Source: Octopus bimaculoides
Taxonomy: Eukaryota
Length of the DNA stretch: 55,721 nucleotides
Direction: 5' to 3'
Assembly (NCBI RefSeq): GCF_001194135.2
Contig: NC_068982.1
Coordinates: 34,058,350 to 34,114,070, forward strand
The notes beneath the pieces were generated by a model. It was given only the letters and a program-made list of their open reading frames with translations. It searched no databases and was not told the origin of the DNA. Positions 13,471 through 25,861 of the stretch are shown here, one piece after another (position 1 is the first letter of the stretch; every line of letters starts with the position of its first letter). Position numbers and translations under genes: made by a program.

Positions 13471-16400
13471 TATATACACACAATGGGCTTCTTTCAGTTT
13501 CCATCTACCAAATCCACTCACAAGGCTTTTGTTGGCCTGAGGCTACAGCAGAAGACACTTGCCCAAGGTGCCATGCAGCAGGACTGAACTCAGAACCATT
13601 TGTGAATAAAATGAAACCTATACAACCCAAGATTAAATCTGCTTCCCTAATTCACAAATAGCAAATTGTATGTCACTAATAGACATCACTCTTCTCACAA
13701 AAGTTATTATCTTCAGAAATTATTATAATTATACCCCTCTTTTAATTACAGCATTAATTCTAACACTCCTAATAAAACAGATATTTTTTTTATATGCTGT
13801 TTTTTATTGTTTCAGTACCATACCAGCTATGATCATCCCATCAAATTTATGAACTTCATTATCCAAACTGTCCTTCCTTTATATAGAAGGATTCAGCTGT
13901 TACATGTAAGTTAATGACTGCATAGCAGCTCCTTAATTTCTTTCTTTCTCTCTCTCTCTCTCTCACATCATAAATGTTATGGCATAGAGAATTGAGTGAA
14001 TGAGTAAGGGGGAAAAGTAGTACTCAGTACATAAATTTTTATCCTATTTATTGCAAGCTGAACTGTGGGTGTCAGTTAATGAAATCTTCAGCTAACAATA
14101 AGTCGTTACAATGGTTAGTTTATGATCATATCATAATGTCATGAGTTCATTTCCTGAAGTGGGCAGCATATTGTGTCCTTGAGAACGGTACTTCATTTTA
14201 CATTGCTCCAGTCAACTCAGCTGTAATGAGTATTAGTAGATGTTGGTACACTGCTCTCTCCCTCCAGCAGTCACACTCTGGATGTTCTGTTTGGTCAAGG
14301 GTGAAGGGGCTGAGAAAGTGTCTATGTCTGCTCATGACTACATAAGCAGCTAAGACAATTAATAAAGACATCACATGTGAGTGATGGCTGGCTGTATCTA
14401 TGTGTGTGTGTGTGTATAAGGAAAGGGATTTTGAAAAATATTGAAAAAGTATAAAGTAGAATCACTATTTGTAAATAGACCGAGTTACATTAGAAATCAT
14501 ATTCAGTCAGCAATATAAATTGAGTTTGAAATTAAAGTGGTTTTTCCTTAACCCTTAGGAGACAACTGGGCTGATCTATTGGCTGAAAGTCGAATGACAG
14601 AAGATTGTGTTAGTTCATTGAATTTCCTACAAGAATATATAAAATTTTATATATGTGATGTAATTACTTTGCTTCATAAAATTTTTTGGAAAAATAAGTG
14701 CGTGCTTTCTGTAGGGCTTGTGAAAAGGGTTCTGTCTTCTTGGCACCTAAACTCCATATGAGACTCTGTTCCCAAAGAGTTAATATAAATTAATGTGCTA
14801 ACGTAAAAATATTTACAATCAGAAGAGAGTAAATATAAATTTTTTTTTTCACCTTGGGACATAGATAAATTCTCGACTGTATAGCAGTAAATATATGTTA
14901 ACTTTAAATATCAGGGTTCAAAAGTTCACATGATTTAATGGTAGGCACTGCATATCAGACAAAACAGTAGTCTAGTATTTTTTTTTTTTATTTTTTTTTT
15001 TTATAGCTTCAGCTTAGAGCTGCGGCCATGCTGATGCACCGCCGTGTAACTTTTGCTATGTTAACCTTTGCTATTTTTAATAGATGAAGAGTTTGAAGGT
15101 CATACTCTTGGTTATCTAGATAGCTCCTAATCCCCAAAAGGCATTTAAGAACTGATGCTTATCTTTGGATTAATATAATGTCATTAATTGGATGAGCTGA
15201 AAATATAGTTAGAATAGGACATCAGCGGTAACAGCCAACATATGTCAGCATGGAAAAAGTTGATGAAATGATGATATCAGTTATTGATCTTAGCCTTTAA
15301 AAGGATCAAAACATCCAAATATCCTCTGTAATTCTTCTTGTTACATTGAAGTAAGCATGACCATAAAGTAGCTTATTACCTCTTCACAGAGCTTTTCCAC
15401 TGAAGTCTGCAAGACCTTTTGAGCTACAGGAATTGTGTTGCAGAGAACAGACAAGGAAGCACACCATATTCTGGTTTACTTCTACACAATGTAAGCTAGG
15501 CCAATCTAATAGCCTCATCTGACCAGCTTCTGATCAACCCGTTCTTGTTCTCAGAGCACTTATGCAAGATATATTTTCTAAAGTTTTAATATGGTCATAT
15601 CGTTCCAGAATTTTTAACAATACTTACAGATGTCCATCTGCAGATTCTTTTCTACTCTAGGCACAAGGCCTGAAATTTTGAGGGAGAGGGCCAGTTGATT
15701 AGATTGACCCAGTATGCAACTGGTACTTAATTTATTGACCCTGAAAGGATGAAAGGCGAAGTCGACCTCGGTGGAATTTGAACTCAGAACGTAAAGACAG
15801 ACAAAATACCACTAAGCATTTCACCCAGCGTGCTAGCGTTTCTGTCAGCTCGCCATCCGCTGATTGATAAAAGAAATAAGTAGTTGAGAATAAAATTTAT
15901 TTTAGTAGGAAAAGTTTTAAACTTCATAGTGTAGAGCTGATTATAAAACAGCTTCAGTCTAATCTCTCAACAACTTCTTTACCGTGTTTAATCATGCATT
16001 GCTGGCCTTATTCAATTTAAGAATGTGTAACAAAGCTTAATACTGCCCCTGCTCTTCTCACTATTCTATTTATTTTTAAAAAATGCAAAACTGTTTGTAA
16101 CGAAAACTGTCACCAGTTGTGGGTGTTGCCCTTTTTCTTTCGTTTTTAAACTGAATTATTATATTTTAAAAAGTCCTAAAAGTGCAAGGCAATATATATA
16201 TATCTTTTATTTGTTTCAGCCGTTAACCAATGGCCATGATGGGGCAAAGCCTTGAAGAATTTTTAGTCGAATGAATCGACCCCAGCACTTATTTTTTTTT
16301 TAAGCCTAGTACTTATTCTATTGGTCTCTTTCCGAATTGCTAATTTACGGAGATATAAACACACCAACGATTATCAAGCAGTGACAAGCAGTGGTCACAC

Positions 16401-18638
16401 ATACACACACACACACACACAACGCGCTTCTTTCAGTTTCTCTCGACAAACTAAATAAAAAAATGGTGTCTGCCAAATCAGAAAGACCCAAATCCATTCA
16501 CAAGGCATTGATCGGCCCCAGGCTATAGTAGAAGACACTCGTCCAAGGTGCCATGCAGTGGGACTAAACTCGGAACCATGTGATTGGGAAGCGAACTGCT
16601 TACCACAAAGCCAATTTTTTTCTCGTAGTATTAGAAATAACAGGTGTGGACAACGATCAATTAAGAAAATGATATTGCTGTGTAATGAATTGAATAAACA
16701 AGTCTAGTCTCCATGTTAGTTCTGAAGAACTTTAATATTTAACTTCCTTGATTATCTATGTAGATGTAATAAACGTTCAAAATAGTTATATTTCATAAAT
16801 GTTGTTAAAATAATTACACTATAGTACTTAAAAGTAAATATATTAAACTGGATTCTCCGTTATTATTCGTTATATTCACAGATCAGAGTTCATAACATTT
16901 TTTTTTCAAACAATTGTTCCTCATTTTTAATACTGACCCTTAGACTCTGACAGCTATTTTCAATGAATCTCGTTTATGTAATAATCGAAACAAATAGGGA
17001 ACCTGTACGCAGTGGCTTGAGCTGCTAGAGAAGCAGCCAAATCTTTCTTAAATACCAATACATTATTTTATAAAAGGAATTAGTCGATAATGTAAGTTCC
17101 AGCTACATTATAATTTAATTGAAAAATTATAATGTAGGGGTGGTCATGACTGGAACAGCTTTGATCATAGATCTACTCGGTCATTTCTTATTTGGGTCTA
17201 AACAACAATGGTATAACTACGCATAACTACAGAGTTGTACCCCCCCCCCCCCGACAACTCTGTAGTTATGCCACAACGATTACCACAAAGAACCTGTATG
17301 TGACCGCTCAACTTGCTAGAAATATCCCTCAAATCACATCTTGGAAACCTAAAGTAGGAAGTAGACATAGCATAAACTAATAAACTGTCTGGAAAAAATA
17401 ATTACAGCTAGAACACTCTTTATCTCGGACTTGATCCATCAAGATCACCAGGACCAAAACAATAATTACTCAAGATCGAGTACATGCTAAAGTTTATATA
17501 TAAACAAAAATCATACAAAGCTGTAAACAAACTCACATATTCTTTATATTATAACAAGTTTACAAACACTAGAGCTAATCAAATAAGATAAATAAGGAAA
17601 AACTTCGTAAGATAAACAGACCGTTTACGCTTCGGGGTTTTTTTTNNNNNNNNNNNNNNNNNNNNNNNNNNNNNNNNNNNNNNNNNNNNNNNNNNNNNNN
17701 NNNNNNNNNNNNNNNNNNNNNNNNNNNNNNNNNNNNNNNNNNNNNNNNNNNNNNNNNNNNNNNNNNNNNNNNNNNNNNNNNNNNNNNNNNNNNNNNNNNN
17801 NNNNNNNNNNNNNNNNNNNNNNNNNNNNNNNNNNNNNNNNNNNNNNNNNNNNNNNNNNNNNNNNNNNNNNNNNNNNNNNNNNNNNNNNNNNNNNNNNNNN
17901 NNNNNNNNNNNNNNNNNNNNNNNNNNNNNNNNNNNNNNNNNNNNNNNNNNNNNNNNNNNNNNNNNNNNNNNNNNNNNNNNNNNNNNNNNNNNNNNNNNNN
18001 NNNNNNNNNNNNNNNNNNNNNNNNNNNNNNNNNNNNNNNNNNNNNNNNNNNNNNNNNNNNNNNNNNNNNNNNNNNNNNNNNNNNNNNNNNNNNNNNNNNN
18101 NNNNNNNNNNNNNNNNNNNNNNNNNNNNNNNNNNNNNNNNNNNNNNNNNNNNNNNNNNNNNNNNNNNNNNNNNNNNNNNNNNNNNNNNNNNNNNNNNNNN
18201 NNNNNNNNNNNNNNNNNNNNNNNNNNNNNNNNNNNNNNNNNNNNNNNNNNNNNNNNNNNNNNNNNNNNNNNNNNNNNNNNNNNNNNNNNNNNNNNNNNNN
18301 NNNNNNNNNNNNNNNNNNNNNNNNNNNNNNNNNNNNNNNNNNNNNNNNNNNNNNNNNNNNNNNNNNNNNNNNNNNNNNNNNNNNNNNNNNNNNNNNNNNN
18401 NNNNNNNNNNNNNNNNNNNNNNNNNNNNNNNNNNNNNNNNNNNNNCGTAGTCTTAAATAAATAACAAACATCATAATTGAAAAAAAAAAAAAAATGACGG
18501 GATTGTCATGATTGGAATGTCTTTCGTTATAAGTCTCTCCGATAGGGATTGAGCAGGATCAAAACAACAACATAAATAAACATGTAATGTAGATATTAAT
18601 TCACACACACAAAATAAACAGACACATAGAAACTGTAC

Positions 18639-18719
18639 CTTTCTTGAATGACAGAAGACCACCAAGCTAAAAAAGCAGCAAACAGTTGCTAGGAGGCAGA
18701 AGTGTAATTTAGAAACCAT
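18639..18719 (-). CDS. GLMP: GLMP/NCU-G1 coding exon 1 (signal peptide, MVSKLHFCLLATVCCFFSLVVFCHSRK)
   Basis: ATG at 18719-18717. 27 codons forming a hydrophobic signal-like stretch ending RK, then a GT donor (AAG|gtacag). Phase 0 joins exon 2 as RK|ISTDMNWG, resembling the GLMP N-terminal RKxSLExNPG region. Confidence 0.8.
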
Positions 18720-21466
18720 GTTTACAGGAGGTGCTCACTAAAGCATCTGAAACACTTGCCAGCTTTAACCTCGTTTCCAGATATCTCTGTCAGCTGATAG
18801 TCAACTCGATCCGGTGTATGTCTCGTGATCGTTCCTATATCTGAGTCAACAATGTCACATGCTTAATTGGTCTTCCTAAAGTTTAGATGAAGTTATGTAC
18901 TGATGTATGCGTGTACATGTATCTGTTTGTGCGTGTGCGTGCGCGCGCATGTATATGTATGTATACATGTATGTTGACGTATATATATATAAATATGTAT
19001 GTGTGGAGAAAGAGGAGAGATTTGGTAATGAAGACAAGAAAATAAAACTTAAAACAAATTTTATATTTGATGGATATAAGTTACAATGTGACTCAAGGGC
19101 TGAGAGTCCCGTGTATTGCCACTTTTCAGGTATAAGCACCATAGCATTTTAGTAGAAATACTTTCAAGTTATTCTACTCCATCTCACTTAACGTGGTTAG
19201 TATTATAGCTGCTTCTAATAGGTTGAAACTTGCTAAATATATGCACGGACTTGCTCTGGGGGAAACAGTGGAGTCAGAGGACACCCTCTAATTAACACAA
19301 ACCCAGAATGCACACACCCCAATACCCACTCTGAGACAATCTGCAAGGCTGGGAATAACCATGAGAAAAGTGGAACTCCAGGAAACTCCTTTGATTTATG
19401 TGAATCTCAACCCAACACCATATACTACACCCAACAAGCAAGCATCCCACCACTCACTACTAAATTTAAGGCAGCTAATTATATCAGCTTACCCCCAATC
19501 TCCACCCCACCCCCACACCCGAATGTAACGGATTGCCCCTGGGTGGACAATACATACATACAAATGTAGTACATAAATGTGAGATAGTTATACACACTAC
19601 TAGTAAATTTTACATAGGGCCCACAGTTAATGATGTGAAACAATGTATAGGCACTCCTACAACTAGCCACTTAGGTTTTCCACTTCACTAGTTGAGTATA
19701 TCCATAAATTGGACAATTCTAAAATTAGCTATGTAGCATTGGATTCAATCCTGCATTTTGCCACATACAAATCACAAATGACAATTCAATCATAGTTTGA
19801 TCATATGCGCAGCCGAGATTTAATCCAATGGATAGTTGTTGTTCATGTGATAGTTTGGTAGCCTGACTAGAACTTTCTGTGAATACTGCCTATAAATACA
19901 GTCAATAAAACCACAGTTTTGCAGAGTGTCACAGACATCAGAGCTGCTACGATCTTCTCCTCTCTCACCAAATTCAGAGTGTCTTAGGTTGAGCTTGAAT
20001 TACACTCTCCATATAGCTGTTCTCATGGCTGCATATTCAATCAAGGATAATCAAAGAAGACAAGTTGCAGCACCTGAATATTTACTTGATGTGTAAAAAC
20101 ATCAGGATCCTGATGTTATTGGTGAAAACAAATAGCATATCCAAATTCAGCTCGAAAAAGCACTTCAGGAACACTTGTCTATTGAACAGAAACATTTTCA
20201 TTGCCAAATTCTGTAGACTTGTGTCTACAGAACTTCATTCACTTGTCAAACAGAACAGTATTCCTCTCGGTGGAACAACATTGGTTTGGAATGATTCTCA
20301 GGTTTTACATCAGTGTCAGTCTTCTTCTTGACAGATGTGCTGACAGAAACTATGGGTCAATTACTCATTCAATATGATCTTACAGCCAGTCTTAAAGCTT
20401 CGACAATATGTGTAGTTACCTAGAGATTTCACAAGTCTAGGGGCCCAATTCTGATCTATGTGAGGTATGGTTTGCCATCAGTAAATAAATACTATAGGGT
20501 CCAATGCACTGATTTGCCTGGAGTATTAAAATGCTGCTAAGATGTCCCTGAATACAGTCCATTCTATGTTATGTGATAAGAGTTGACTTTAAATTGGATT
20601 CATCCATCCTTTTGACAAGTCTTCTTTTTGTCCTGATGGGTTTTTAGTTACCCTCATTGTCAGGCTAACCTGATAACAATGACTGTTAGACACTTGCAAC
20701 CATTTCCATACGTATACAATTGAGAGAATGGAAGGACAGAAGAAAAAAACAACCACAGGGTTTTGTAGACGTGACAATTCAAGCATTCACAACCCCAATA
20801 TTACTAGCCCTAGTGACTGTAACAGCGACAATAAAAACAACAACAGTGATTGTACCAATAACAAGAATAACAGCGACAATACGAGCAGCCTCTGCCATAA
20901 ATCAAGGTCAGGGAAGCTAGGGGGTTAGTTAATTATCAAGGTTATGGAAGTGGCTTCAAACAATCTGCTCTCTGGCAGACAAGCAAAGGATGTGTTGATA
21001 AGAATTTCCATGGTCAGTGGCAGGTGAGATGTACACTATCTATCCCTCACCTTGCCACTCACATAAACGTTCTGTGTGCCATACATACACATAAACACTG
21101 ATGCACACAACGCATACCCCTCCCACGTACACACACACACACTCACATACAGAGATATACATGTACATATATATGTTCACTGAGGTATCTGGAAGTGCAT
21201 ATTGGTATATATACACATGAACTACATGTTTTGTGAAAAATCAAGGTAGTGTGTATGTCCTGGTCTGACTTTGGGGTATTGGGCCAAAGTGTGAAAAATG
21301 CTTCATTACCACCCTTCCCTTGCATAAAGTATAGTAAAATTATGAATATTGCTAATTTCGTGCACAGATAGCTAAATTGTAGCAAGATTTCAGCCAGAAA
21401 TGGAGATGTTTTTGGCCTACAATAGAGAAAATACAAAAGGAGACCTTGGTTGTTACAGAATCTTAA

Positions 21467-21686
21467 CCCTTTTGTTACCATATTTCTGCTGAGATGCTGT
21501 GTTTCTTTCAATTAATTTTAAATATAACAAAGAATTTAGTAGAATAACTTAGTTATCATTAAGCTAGTGTTAGGAACATAAATTGTGACTGAGGTTTGGT
21601 GGAAGATTTTAATTCAGAACTTTTGAAAACAAGACATTTGTACTATAGATCCAGAGGTGGTTTCAGCTGGGTTGGTATCAAAAGGG
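21467..21686. mobile_element. piggyBac-like MITE with TTAA target duplication
   Basis: TTAA|CCCTTTTGTTACC ... GGTATCAAAAGGG|TTAA. A related copy in the opposite orientation lies at about 9800-10004. Confidence 0.85.
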
Positions 21687-21729
21687 TTAAATTCAACAAA
21701 ATCTGCAAATTATATATATATAACATGAT

Positions 21730-22620
21730 ATCCCTGAAAAAACTTTCTTGACAATAACAAAGCAACCAACTCCAAGGAAATCATTGAAAAAATGCTTTGG
21801 TCTTTTCATTCACTGGGATACAAAATGGGCATCAGTCACTTGGATCAATTTCCACAAAATTTGGGAGACATCAATGATGAACTGGGAGAAAGATTCCACC
21901 AAGACATGAAGGTAATAGAGAAGAAATATCAAGAGAGATGGGATGGCAATATGATAACTGATTAAGACGGCGAGCTGGCAGACACGTTAGCATGCTTTTG
22001 GGGTTGATATATTAAGTACCAGTTGCATACTGAGGTCAATCTAATTGACTGGCTCCTTCCCCAAAAATTTCGGGCCTTGTGCCTAGAGTAGAAAAGAATA
22101 TGATAACTGATTATTGTTGGAGTATAAAAAGGGATTGGCCACTGCTAAAACATTCAAGGAAGTATAAGAAACAGAGGTTTCTTCCTTCATAATGACATTT
22201 GATATGTTTTTGTCTTTTTGCATATAATTTGCAGAGTTTGTTGTGTTTAATGTTCTGTATCAATAGAAAAAAACAACTTTAGGCCTCATTTTGTATTTTA
22301 TCTATCATAGGCAAAAAAAAAAAAACATTTCTGGCCTAAAATCTTACTACAATTAAACTATCTATGCACAAAATCAGCAATATTCATAAGTTTACTATAC
22401 TTTAAGCAAAGGAAGAATGATAATGAAGCATTTTTCATACTTTAACCCAATGTTCCTAAGTCAGACTAAGACATAAAATCAAAGAAAACTGTATATTTTT
22501 TGTGAAAAATCAAGGTAGTGTGTATACAAAACTCCTGATGTGACTGGTGAAAATGAGTAGTATATCTGATTTCAGCTCAAAAAAGTGCTTCAGAACTACT
22601 TGTCTATTCAACAGAAACAG
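21730..22620 (+). mobile_element. DNA transposase relic (C-terminal SHLD..NLG..DE.GERFHQD..YCW type) plus its 3' end
   Basis: After removing the SINE and one TSD copy it reads KEIIEKMLWSFHSLGYKMGISHLDQFPQNLGDINDELGERFHQDMKVIEKKYQERWDGNMITDYCWSIKRD...LPS then stop. I recognise this motif set from a widespread animal transposase family but cannot name the superfamily reliably. Related terminal fragments lie at 20080-20195 and 21229-21420. Confidence 0.8.
21965..22096 (+). mobile_element. Internally deleted family-A SINE with a perfect 17-bp TSD
   Basis: AATATGATAACTGATTA at 21948-21964 and 22097-22113. The head is joined directly to the central domain. Confidence 0.9.
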
Positions 22621-24249
22621 AGGCTGTTATTAATAATCATGAGGAGATTGAGAAAACCATTGTCAAAGAGAAGTGTACAATAATGATGAAACTAGGTTTC
22701 TCTAGGAGCACAAACTTACTAGTACTTTTATTTCTAGCAAAGAAAAAGACAGCATTAGGCTATAAATCATCCAAAAATCGTCTGGCACTTCTTGTGTATA
22801 AATGCTGCTGGAGATATAAAATTAAAGCCCTTACATGTGTATCACTCCCAAAATTCATGAGTCTTCGATGACTATGCTAAGTGTAATCTATCTTTGAATT
22901 AGCATTCAAATAAGAAGGCTATATGATTATGAGCCTTTTCCAAGACTAGTTCACAAACTTTTTGCCCTCTTGTAGAAATGTACAGGGTCAGGTGTAATAT
23001 TTCTAGTAAAGAAGTTCTCCTTTTAGACAATGTACCAAACCACTCAAGAGCTTAAATAATCTTTCTGATAATATAAGAGAGGAACACTCATGTTATTAAA
23101 GCACAACGGTTTTGCTCCAGAAAACAGATTGAGATGTGAGTGGTAAATTTAAGTTAAACTGAAATTAAATATAAGCACATGAGACTGATTTTCCTTGCTT
23201 TTCAGTAAACATTTTTTTAATGAAATGAATACATTTATACCAATTAGGCTCAACTCAGTGCTTAAATAGGTATGAAGGGTCAATATAGTCATTTTCAAGG
23301 GAACACAATTCTTACCATTGTCAGAAATTTGTGACTCTAAGCAGTGGTTTTAATCATAGTTCCTTTCACTCCTCATGGAATGTTGTGTGACAACATATCT
23401 CCAGCCAGCAGTTGCACATCCCGTCATAAAACCTGCTCTTAGGCCAGGTTCTCTTCAGTCCTCAACCACGTCTTGATAACAGGACTGCTTCGCCTCCTAT
23501 GCCACACACCAATGGAAAAAATTCTATCTACTGGAAAATGAGGTCAAAGTTGTCATGTATAATGTTTACTACATTACAACAAAAAGTTAAAATTCAGGTG
23601 AAGGGAGGCAACTTCTAACAACCAACATGAAGTTCTAACCCTTCTTCCGTCTATTTTGAAAAATATTTATATTAATATAGGTTTATTTCCTTTGTTTAAT
23701 ATAACGAACAAATAAACTGTAAAGGAAAAAGAAAAAGATCGTTAGGATTTTCTTCACATATGGAATTACTAAATGCCTAAGAGGCTATGAGTCTCCCCCC
23801 ATACACACACACTGGTGCTTTTTTAAACAAATCTTATGATCAGATGAAGGATAGCATCTACGATTTTTTCAGGACCTCCTATGCAAGTGAGAAGAAATGA
23901 AGAAGTTACCCTTACGTGAGAATGCATGCAATAGAGTAGACTCTGCAAAAGAGATACATGAAAGGCGTGTTAAACTGGGTGATTTACATATAGAAAGAAA
24001 ATTATCCGTAGATTGGAGATGTTATATTTAAGATCTGTATCAGATCCAGTATCAGAGACAAAATTATTAATATAACATAACAATATATTGAATTTACTCG
24101 TGTACAATGCGATCTTGAATATAATGCGGCCACTTAATTTTGTACCTGAAGACATATTTTATCCTCTTATATGCTTTTTTTACACCTGTCTACAATGCTG
24201 TCCACACCAGTACTGTCCCTCAAATTAATTACATTCCCATGCAATAAAC

Positions 24250-24490
24250 CTTACTTAAATTTGTTTTACTCAGCACAAGAATAACCTTTATAAAAATGAG
24301 GAAATCCAGAAATTTCTAAACAGTCGTTATAAAATTAATGTTGCCATCCTAAAAAAAAGTTCCCTCATTTATTTCCAATAGATTGCTCACAAGTAGTGAG
24401 TTTATCTTAATCTATATATTCCCTCAAATTACTCATACATACTCTTGTACCAATTTTAGAAATTAATATTTGGTATTAAATTTCTTGCAA
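24250..24490 (+). repeat. Diverged direct repeat, copy upstream of EPHX4 exon 1
   Basis: Aligns by eye to 25753-25861 joined to 27045-27175 (cttacttaaa..agcacaaga..agtcgttataaa..agttccctcatttatttccaatagatt.ctcacaagtag). Confidence 0.8.
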
Positions 24491-24553
24491 CATACCAAAT
24501 AAATACGAAAAATATTTTTTTTAAATATGTCTTTATATAATGGTGTAATAATA

Positions 24554-24764
24554 ATTTAAGATTTTAGCACAAGGCCAGCCAGATAGGGGAGGGGATAAGT
24601 CAATTACATTGACCCCCAGTGTTCAACTGGTACTTATTTGATCGATCCTGGAAGGATGAAAGGTGAAGTCGACCTCGGCGGAATTCGAACTCAGAATGTA
24701 AAGACAGAAGAAATGCCACTAAGCATTTTGTCCGGCGTGCTAGCGATCCAGCCAGCTCACCGCC
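24554..24764 (-). mobile_element. tRNA-derived SINE family A with a long target-site duplication
   Basis: Head ggcggtgagctggc, B-box-like gagttcgaattcc and central cctttcatccttcc..gatc..ataagtaccag. Flanked by TTATATAATGGTGTAATAATA at 24533-24553 and 24765-24785. Other copies: 3362-3527 and 3541-3750 (-), 7911-8054 (+), 8420-8610 (-), 15647-15853 (-), 27528-27625 (+), 31215-31420 (+), about 34740-34890 (+), 38390-38525 (-), 47285-47470 (+), 47870-48065 (-), about 50060-50240 (-). Confidence 0.92.
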
Positions 24765-25092
24765 TTATATAATGGTGTAATAATATTTTCTCTGTTTAGA
24801 TAACAGTTATGTAAAAGAATTTATTACTATTACAATATAAAGAGCCTGTTACTCCCCCACCCTACCATCTTCTGCTGCTTCACCCTCCACACACACCTTT
24901 TTTCATTTCGTTTGTTTTTTTGTCATTAAATTCTGTGCAACATTTGTTTCAGTTGAACTTTCTATCAAGTCTCTGAAATTAGAGCATAAAATCACTTACT
25001 GACAGGAGCTGTCACTAATATCTGCACGAGCAGACTTTGATCTTTCAGTTAAAAGCTACTGGAGTTTCTTTTCTTCACATCAGTTACTTAAG

Positions 25093-25308
25093 ATGTCGAT
25101 TATTAATGAAATATCCTGGGTTGTGATTACTCATTTTTTAACCTTCTTTTATACGTGTTTTGCAATAGGGAGACTGATACTATCTTTCATCACAAACCCG
25201 TTCAGTATTTTCGGCATATTCAACTTCTGGCGGGGTCCAATCTTTAAAGCTCCTCCACCTCAATGGAATGATGAAGAACTCGGGACCCACGGGTTTCTGT
25301 CACTCAGT
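25093..25308 (+). CDS. EPHX4: Epoxide hydrolase 4-like exon 1 (N-terminal membrane anchor)
   Basis: ATG at 25093, hydrophobic N-terminus, then PPPQWNDEELGTHGF (family PPxxLxDxxLGxH region). Donor AGT|gtaagt, 216 nt. Confidence 0.85.
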
Positions 25309-25861
25309 GTAAGTTATACTTTTATTTTTGAACAACTCCCGATACGCTGCTTTATTGTGTACATTAGAGAATACGATTTAGACAATATCATATGTTCATT
25401 GAAATTTGAATAAAAACTAAAACGTGATGCTTGTTAGTGCTCCGAGGAGAAATCATCTGTTTTGCGAAATTCTCGTGAGTCTTCCCTCTACTTTTTTTCT
25501 GCTATTTACTGAACTGGTTCCTGTTAAATGTCCCACCGATGTTTAGTTTTATTTAGTAACTTTGGAGTGTTTACAAGTTATTATTGTGCGCCCCCCAGGT
25601 CAGATCTGAACGAGCCGACCTATAGAGATAGCTGCGATCAACAGTTTTTTTTTTGTCAGTTCTAGCGTGCTTTCACTTTACTGCAACAAATGGAAATAAA
25701 CTATGGTGCGAGCAGAAAAATGTTTAATTAAAATAAACTAAAAAAAAAAAAACTTACTTAAACTCTTTTTTACTAAGCACAAGATTATTTTTTATAAAAA
25801 TAGAGGGTTTCGGGAATTTATTAATAGTCGTTATAAAGTGACTGTTGAATAAAAAAAGAAC

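Noticed and set aside
17575-18474. Long ORF calls of 190-330 aa over 17575-18474, 25754-26762 and 46480-47192
   Set aside because: They are artefacts of N runs and (TA)n tracts translated as X or IY repeats.
20720-20928. Asn/Thr-rich ORFs
   Set aside because: Low-complexity (AAC/AAT)-type repeats inside transposon-derived intergenic DNA, with no splice or domain support.
23300-23700. Possible mariner transposase remnant on the minus strand
   Set aside because: Only a vague resemblance to the HPPYSPDL region; too degraded to support.
18720-25092. Compact bidirectional promoter for GLMP and EPHX4-like
   Set aside because: The start codons are about 6.4 kb apart with transposon debris between them, so a shared core promoter is not supported.
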